Shown: in pieces, positions 55,577 through 64,000 of the stretch | How the letters are laid out: each line of letters begins with the position of its first letter | Numbering within the stretch: position 1 is the stretch's first letter | Notes under the pieces: model-generated | What the model saw: only the letters and a program-made list of their open reading frames with translations | The model's database searches: none | What the model was told of the DNA's origin: nothing | From: Octopus vulgaris | Lineage: Eukaryota | Reading direction: 5' to 3' | Assembly (NCBI GenBank): GCA_951406725.2 | Contig: OX597837.1 | Span: forward strand, 43,648,001-43,712,000 | DNA: 64,000 nt | Translations under genes and position numbers: made by a program

Positions 55577-55974
55577 TCGTCAAGTAATTCAAGTAGGTCT
55601 AGTCTTTTGGTTATAGATTTTACTTGTTTCTCGCAGATAATGTAAAAGAAACAAAGGCAGTATTGAACAGAAGCCACAGAAATTTTACAATGAAGTCAAA
55701 GCAGTTGTACAGATGTCTGTTCAATATATGTGGTTGTTATTCGTAACAATGGAATAGTCTGAACAGAATTTCATAGATGGTTTACTGCAGGGTAAACCAG
55801 ATACGCTATTGTCAGCCAGAGATTAAAGTGTTAAGCCACTGTCAGCTTATATTTTTGGTTTACAAAAAGCAATACATGCCCTTGCTCAGCCAGGATTTAA
55901 CTCTGGAAACAATCCAAATGCCAGAAGAAACTAGAAGAACTGCCATTAAATGCCAGGGAATTTTTACAGCACTG

Positions 55975-56283
55975 GCCCTCCGTCGCTTACGACGATAAGG
56001 GTTCCAGTTGAGCTGATCAATGAATCAACATGCTCGTGAAATTAACGTGAAAGTGGCTGAGCACTCCAGAGACACGCGTAAACTTAGCGTGGTTCACAGG
56101 GAGAATCGGCCTGACACAGAATGCCTCAAGGCTGGTCCTTGACAGGTCCGACATATTATTGTCAGCCGAGTGGACTGGAGCAACATGAAATAAAGCGTGT
56201 TGCCCAAGGATAATAGCGCCTCGCCGGGAATTGAGCTCACAATCCTGAACCAAATACCCTAGCCACGAAGCCATGCGCCTTCA
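55975..56283 (-). mobile_element. SINE family C variant, diverged
   Basis: Tail as in 47227, body as in 28355. Confidence 0.8.
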
Positions 56284-56424
56284 TGAATTTTAATAGCAGA
56301 AAATGTAAAACAGACTATTTCTAGCAGACTTGGCAACCGATTTTAACTCGAAGTATATGTAGTATACAACACATGGATATCTGTATGTATGTGTGTATAT
56401 GTGTATATATATATGTGTGTGTGT

Positions 56425-56627
56425 GTACGTGTTTGTCCTCCCACCATCGCTTGATAACAGATGCTGGTATGTTTACGACCCCTTAACTTAGCGGTTCGGC
56501 AAAAGAACCGATAGAATAAGTTCTAGGCTTACAAAGAATAAGTCTTGGGGTCGATTTGTTTGACTAAAGGCGGTGCTCCAGCATGGCTGCAGTCAAATGA
56601 CTGAAACTAGTAAAAGAATAAAAGAAT
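56425..56627 (+). mobile_element. SINE family A 3' half
   Basis: cttagcggttcggcaaaag...gactgaaactagtaaaagaataaaaga. Confidence 0.85.
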
Positions 56628-56664
56628 ATGTACGCCTATATGTGTGCCTCTCTGTACGTACGTA

Positions 56665-57608
56665 CGTATGTATGTATGTATGTATGTATGTATGTATGTA
56701 TGTATGTATGTATGTATGTATGTATGTATGTATGTATGCATGGATGTATGTATGCATGCATGCATATATGTATGTATGTATGTATGTTTGTATGTATGTT
56801 TGTATGTATGTATGTATGTATGTATGTATGTATGTATGTATTTATGTATGTATGTATGTATGTATGTATGTATGTATTTATGTATGTATGTATGTATGTA
56901 TGTATGTATGTATGTATGTATGTATTTATGTATGTATGTATGTATTTATGTATGTATGTATGTATTTATGTATGTATGTATTTATGTATGTATGTATGTA
57001 TGTATTTATGTATGTATGTATGTATTTATGTATGTATGTATGTATGTATGCATGCGTGTATGTATGTATGTATGTATTTATGTATGTATGTATGTATTTA
57101 TGTATGTATGTATTTATGTATGTATGTATGTATTTATGTATGTATGTATTTATGTATGTATGTATGTATGTATTTATGTATGTATGTATTTATGTATGTA
57201 TGTATGTATGTATTTATGTATGTATGTATGTATTTATGTATGTATGTATTTATGTATGTATGTATGTATGTATTTATGTATGTATGTATTTATGTATGTA
57301 TGTATGTATGTATGTATTTATGTATGTATGTATTTATGTATGTATGTATGTATGTATTTATGTATGTATGTATGTATTTATGTATGTATGTATGTATGTA
57401 TGTATGCATGCATGTATGTATGTATGTATGTATGTATGTATGTATGTATGTATGTATGTATGCATGCATGTATGTATGTATGTATGTATGTATGTATGTA
57501 TGTATGCATGCATGCATGCATGCATGTATGTATGTGTGTATGTATGCATGCGTGTATGTATGTATGTATGTAAGTATGTATATATGTATGTACGTATGTA
57601 TGTATGTA
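56665..57608. repeat. ~940-bp (TATG)n array with TATT/CATG variants
   Basis: Direct reading; it explains the 369-, 327- and 309-aa ORFs. Confidence 0.95.
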
Positions 57609-59068
57609 TAAATGTACGCGGTGTATATGGCCTTTCACGTCAACAGTCGATTTGTTTGCAAGAATATAAACATCCACATTAATTTATTTTTTACCCACAT
57701 TTACGTCTTTTATTCGGAAATGTTCTGGATGGCAGAGTAAGCAAGGAATTCCAGACAATCATCATCATAACCATCATCATCATCATCATCATCGTACTCC
57801 TCTTCGCCGTTGTTGTTGTTGTTGTTATTGTTGCGATTGCTGTTGTTTTCTTTATGTTTGCAACTGTCTAGAGAACTTCATATTTGAGTTCAAATTAATG
57901 TCCACTTCTGGGCTATTTTATGTTTATTTGTTTCCACAAAGCAATTATAAACATTACTAAATTATAGACCGCTCTGGAAGTTGAAGGCCAACTGTTTCAG
58001 AATAAAAAAAAATAAGAGAGAGAGAGAGAATTATGTGTATTAATATAATAATCCTTGGCAATCAAACGAAAGAGAAATCAGACTCTCAATCACACAAGCA
58101 TCTGTATATGAAAAGGTATAGATATGTGTGTTTACGTATATACGTATACATACATGGATGTATATGAATGTGTGTTTATATATATATACATATGTGTGTG
58201 TGTGTGTGTGTGTGTGTCTGTGTGTGTTACATATATGTATATATGTATACATATGTACATGTATATGTGTGTGTGTATATATATAGATGTATGTATATAT
58301 ACATATATGTATATATTTGTATATATATATATGTATATGTATACATATATATATGTGTATATATATATAATATATAGATATATGTATGTATATATTTATA
58401 CGCACACACTTGTACATAAATTCTTGTCTGAGTGTATATAATAAATATTTACGTATATATATATATATATATATTCATATATGTATACATAGACACACGC
58501 ACACACATATATAAGTACTTGTATATGTATCTATGTATATGTATACGTCTGAACTCGGCGGTGCATTGTGTTCTTGAGCAAAACACTTCACTTCGCATGA
58601 CTCGAGTCCTCTCCTCTGCCAAAAATGAGGAATCCTGCGACGGACTGAGGTCGCATCCTGGGCTGGGCTGGGCTGGGCTGGTATATATACACCACTAAAT
58701 CGTGAAGAGCAGCCTTATAGGGCAGGAAGGACCAGCAATTGAACGAAAAATGTTGATTTGATGGAGGTAGAAATAATACTAAAATACTAAAATATCTTAT
58801 TTGCGAGGAATTCATCTAAAATATCTGAAATTTTGGAAAATAAAATGTGCTTAATGAAAAAGTAGAATATTATAAGACAATCGTGAAAAGAAAAAGTGAC
58901 TTGTGACAAAAAGGTGAAATGGCATACATTTCTTATTATAGCCATCTAAAACTTTCTGTAAAGATAAACACTTCCCAAAAAGTAAATATCAATACAGAAG
59001 AAATCTTATTTTCCTTCTAATTACGATGCTGATCAAAATAAAGGAAAATGGGAGAAATATAAACGATT

Positions 59069-59672
59069 GGCGAGCTGGCAGAAACGTTAGCACGCCGGGC
59101 GAAATGCTTAGCTGTATTTCGTCGGCCGCTTCGTTCTGAGTTCAAATTCCGCCGAGGTCGACTTTGCCTTTCATCCTTTCGGAGTCGATTAAATAAGTAC
59201 CAGTTACGCACTGGGGTCGATGCAATCGACTTAATCCGTTTATCTGTCCTTGTTTGTCCCCTCTGTGTTTAGCCCCTTGTGAGTAGTAAAGAAATAAGTA
59301 TTTTGTCCATCCTTACGTTCTGAGTTCAAATTCCGCCGAGGTCGACTTTGCCTTTCATCCTTTCGAGGTCGATAAATTAAGTACCAGTTACGCACTGGGG
59401 TCAATGTAATCGACTTAATCACTTTGTCTGTCTCCTCTATGTTTAGCCCCTTGTAAGCAATAAAGAAATAAGAATACTTACTACTGTTATCTCTTTTAGA
59501 GAGGATTTCTAAATAGCTACTTTGCTTGTAATATAATAAATGTTTCTATTATAGGTACAGGATTTGAAATTTGTGAGGAGGGGCGAGTCGATTACACTGA
59601 CCCCAGTACTCAACTGGTACTTTGAATCATAGACCTTAAAAAGATTAAAAGCAAAGTCGATCCCTGCGGAAT
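59069..59672. mobile_element. SINE family B dimer (+, 59069-59471) and a minus-strand fragment (59545-59672)
   Basis: One head followed by two units of about 180 bp. Confidence 0.9.
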
Positions 59673-61187
59673 TAGAAGAGTATTCCAACCGTGGCTGTCT
59701 AGTCCTTTATGTTTACTCTCTGTGGAGTTGATTTTGCCAAACTGTGTGGTTGGAGGTGAGGATATTTAATCGTTTATCTTTCAGGCTTCATTCGTTTCTC
59801 GGTAATTGTAAGTCTTCAGCCATTTTTGGATGGATATTTTACAACCTCCATAACCTCACATGGCGCAAAATGACCTTCATATAATTTTTGGTTTAATGGG
59901 TTTTTTTTCTTACTTTTACAAAATTTAATTTAACAAAAGTTAAGTTGCAGCTCAAAATTAATTTTCAATTTTTTAGAACAATGGTTTTAGAACAATGGTT
60001 TATCCGCTTGCTTTGTTTTTAAACGATCGACGTGACTTAAAATGACTAGAAGGTTTTAAATTTTCTTTCGAAAACTGATATTTTTCGTTGTTTTTATTTA
60101 TTTACTTATTCATTTTTGTGAGATGTCGTTCAGGAAAACCACAAGAGAAGTTTTCACCATATTATCAGCAACATTTTTTTTTTTCATTTCTCCACTTGAA
60201 CTTGCCATTGCTAAAGGGCATGGTGCATTATGTAATAACAATAAACATTTTGACAATGATAAAGTATCTTTAAAATACCGAAAACTTGAAAATTTGAAAA
60301 GTAACGCAAGAAAGGCTGTGAAATGGGTGTCAAAAAACTCAAATGCCAAAACCAAATTTTGTGCTTCTGACTTAATCTTCAAATCGAATTATCAAACTTC
60401 GAATAACAACTTTAAACAATTTTATTTCCAATTCTGTTCTGATTCTAGATATACGAGTTCCACGTCATCACAATTTGCGTATCATCAGGACTTTTGGTGA
60501 CAAAATAATTTAATGACATTAGTTTTCTAATTTAAAATGCACCAAAAGCGTTCTAATAATAATAATAATAATGTCCACAATATGGGTGAAATAAAAGTGA
60601 AAGATGCTTTTCCCTACTAAGAAACTGCAGGAGACACTCAGAGGTTTTGCAAGCTCTTTTAAATCTATTACAATGCTGGAAACCCTTCCGCATCGTCAGC
60701 GGATATCTCAGGTCACAAGTGTTCTGTCCCAAGAATTTGTATGCTTCATGTCTGTGGGTCAGTGAGTCCGCAGCTAGACTGCACATACGGAAGGGTTCCA
60801 CTTGCGGTCTTTTATCAACCGTAGCCAACTTAAACTAGTTTTAGCTGCCTATTTCCGTGATTGCTTTTTTCAGTTACCTGGGGTCAAGGACCATCTACAG
60901 CGATCGAGATGTAAAACGCTGCTGCAAATTACTTTAATAGGGAATTTGCCCGCTTGCCAAACTTTGATAAAAGCCTTATCGACAAAGTTCGAGTTATTTC
61001 AAGTTATTTTAAATTAAGATGGATCATTTTCCATTAATAGACCAATAGCGTTTCTTCTGTGTTTTATCTCGCTGTGTGTTTTCTTATCAAATAAGAAAGC
61101 AAACATTTGAAACTCTACTGTATAAGTTACCCACAACTTCGAGAGAGAGGAAATCATCGCCGATGAAAATATATGAATATATCAAAC

Positions 61188-61495
61188 AATTGCAGCGTAG
61201 AAGGTGTCTATAAGCAATTTAAGAAACACACAAAAACAGTTAGATTAGCTTCAACATTTAAATTCAATTTGCGAAAAATATCTTCGTCCCTTTGAGGCCG
61301 CGACAAAATTCCGTGCGGCACGGTCAGGGAGGACCCAGCTAAACTGCACATATGTGCAGCACGGAATTTTGTCAGTGAACAGGTCGCGGTCTCAAAGAGA
61401 AAATATTTTGACAAATTAAATTTAAATGTTGCAGTGAATCTAATGGTTTTTGTGTGTTTCTTAATTGGCTTATAAACACCTTTCACGCTGCAATT
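61188..61495. repeat. ~300-bp foldback (near-palindromic) element
   Basis: aattgcagcgtagaaggtgt...taagaaacacacaaaaac...gacaaaattccgtgc vs gcacggaattttgtc...gtttttgtgtgtttcttaa...acacctttcacgctgcaatt. Confidence 0.9.
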
Positions 61496-61890
61496 CTTTT
61501 CGTTCCAGCACACGATCTAAGATCAGGTCACTTGCTATGCAAGTAGATCTCCATAATATGTATATATTAGTTTTTTGCATTGTAGCATACATTCGTGTTG
61601 TACGATAAAACACACTTATTTTTTTCTTTTTAAATACAGAAAGGAATATAAAATAGACTAATTTACAGTTACATACAAGCGTTAATATACGATGTAATAA
61701 AAAAAAAAACATATTCATGACTGTATGTAGGCAGATATTTAAGATAATGGCTTATCTTTATTCTTGCATTAATACATTTACATGAACTTAAATGTCTTCG
61801 TTTACACCTTACCAATATTGCTCAAAGATTTTTCTTACACTTATCTCACTTACAGATAGAAACTGCTATGCTCAAACCAACGTTATACAT

Positions 61891-61951
<61 letters not shown>

Positions 61952-62432
61952 CATATTTAAATATAAATACATACATATATATACATATATATATGTATAC
62001 ATGTATGTATTTAAATATAAATATATACATATATATACATATATATATGTGTATACATGTATGTATTTAAATATAAAAATATACATATATATACATATGT
62101 ATAAACACAAACATAAGACATACATAATGTATAAATATAAAATATGCATGTATGTTCCTTTCTATTTTGCATAATTAAAAATAGACGACAAGATACCTAC
62201 ATATATATACATATATTATGATTAAATATATACATATATGTACACAGACATGCATTTATATAAGAATACGTGTATGTATATGATATATATATGTTTGTGT
62301 GTGTGTGTGTGTGTCTATGTGGATATGTATATGTACGCAGATACTTATGTATAGACAGATATGCATACGTATGCATATACATGCGTTTGTATATTCGTAT
62401 GCTTACAAACACATGCATAAATGCATGTGTGT

Positions 62433-62473
<41 letters not shown>

Positions 62474-62699
62474 TATGAATGTATGTATGCATATATGAGT
62501 GTACGTGCAGGTACCTATGCATAAAGAACGAAACTTAAGTACCTCATTGGATACAGAAAGTTCGTTCTTTTGCAAAATTTCAATTATGTCATACACGAAT
62601 ATGTCTGTCTATCTGCCTGTCTGTCTGCCTGTCTGTCTGTCTGTCTGTCTGTCTGCCTGTCTATCTATCTATCTATCTATCTATATATCTATCTATCTA

Positions 62700-62748
<49 letters not shown>

Positions 62749-62811
62749 ATATATATATATATCAGTATACGTGAATGTATATGTATATAGATAAATATGT
62801 ATATATCTATG

Positions 62812-62904
<93 letters not shown>

Positions 62905-63003
62905 ATATCCATATACATATATGCACATATATATATAACTGTTTATATATTTACTTGTATGTCTCTGCCTATCTATATATGTATTATATAAACATATATG
63001 AAC

Positions 63004-63060
<57 letters not shown>

Positions 63061-63079
63061 CGAGCGCATGTGTAGTGTG

Positions 63080-63113
<34 letters not shown>

Positions 63114-63441
63114 TTCGTGTGCTTGTATATGTGTGTAAGTATGCACTTTTTCAAATAAGTTATAATTATACATCTGCAGTAAGAAAAAAAATTCATTTTA
63201 ATTTGCAGCTAACGAACGATGCATCAAGTTCTGTTTCTTTAATTACATACAAAGACATATGCATATGTACCTTTTCCGTGTGTGTGTGTGTACTTGCGAC
63301 TCTCTGTGTGTATGCGTGTGTGTGTGCGTTTGTGTGTGTGTGTGTACTTGTGTCTAAGTGAGTCTGTCTCTGTTATATATGCGCAGTCACACACATACAC
63401 ATATGTGTGAATATATATCTGTGTGTGTTTGTGTGCGTGCA

Positions 63442-63544
<103 letters not shown>

Positions 63545-63593
63545 ATATAAATATATAAATATATATGTGTACAAACATATATATATATATACA

Positions 63594-63626
<33 letters not shown>

Positions 63627-63651
63627 CACACAGATATATATATATATATGC

Positions 63652-63682
<31 letters not shown>

Positions 63683-64000
63683 TACATTCACACATTACGC
63701 ATGTGCATATTCATATGCACAACACTCATTCTCCATGATTCTTATACCTGTATTATATATAATTTCCATTTCATCAAAATTTTACCTAATTAAGAAAATA
63801 GAATTTTTACTAAATGCTAATTAGCTATCTTTAAGAAGGGAATCTATGACTAGTTGCATGTGCTTATAAATGCAATACGCTGCTTCAGGAATTTTTTTAA
63901 AAATAGTTACCATAACACTGGCATTAGCTTAATTATATACGCGAATCGTTCGAAAAATTTTAGTAAAATTGGTGTTAACATACACAATGCTGACAGCTTG

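Noticed and set aside
61157-61198. CGAUGA...AAACAAUUG hammerhead-like string (similar near-miss at 28980-29020)
   Set aside because: Several core mismatches, and it overlaps the foldback arm; could be chance.

Overview
AT-rich, extremely microsatellite-dense eukaryotic intergenic or intronic DNA. It is most likely an Octopus genome; this is an inference from the tRNA-derived SINE families and from a nad5 NUMT that reads in the invertebrate mitochondrial code. No intact host protein-coding gene is recognisable, and almost all ORFs in the track are translations of simple repeats or SINEs. Identifiable content: (1) about 35 copies of three SINE families; (2) 3' ends or RT relics of R4/Dong-like, RTE-like, CR1/L2-like and L1/Tx1-like LINEs; (3) mariner and MULE relics, a non-autonomous Helitron and several MITE/foldback elements, one carrying TTAGGG repeats; (4) a decayed mitochondrial nad5 insertion. 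The most interesting signal is a set of type-I hammerhead-ribozyme motifs with palindromic stem III, four of them in the first 5.5 kb. They sit in short, microsatellite-flanked, non-coding repeats and include covarying stems, an extra-A core variant and altered cores, consistent with non-autonomous Penelope-like elements. All alignments and translations were done by eye; coordinates of decayed elements are approximate.
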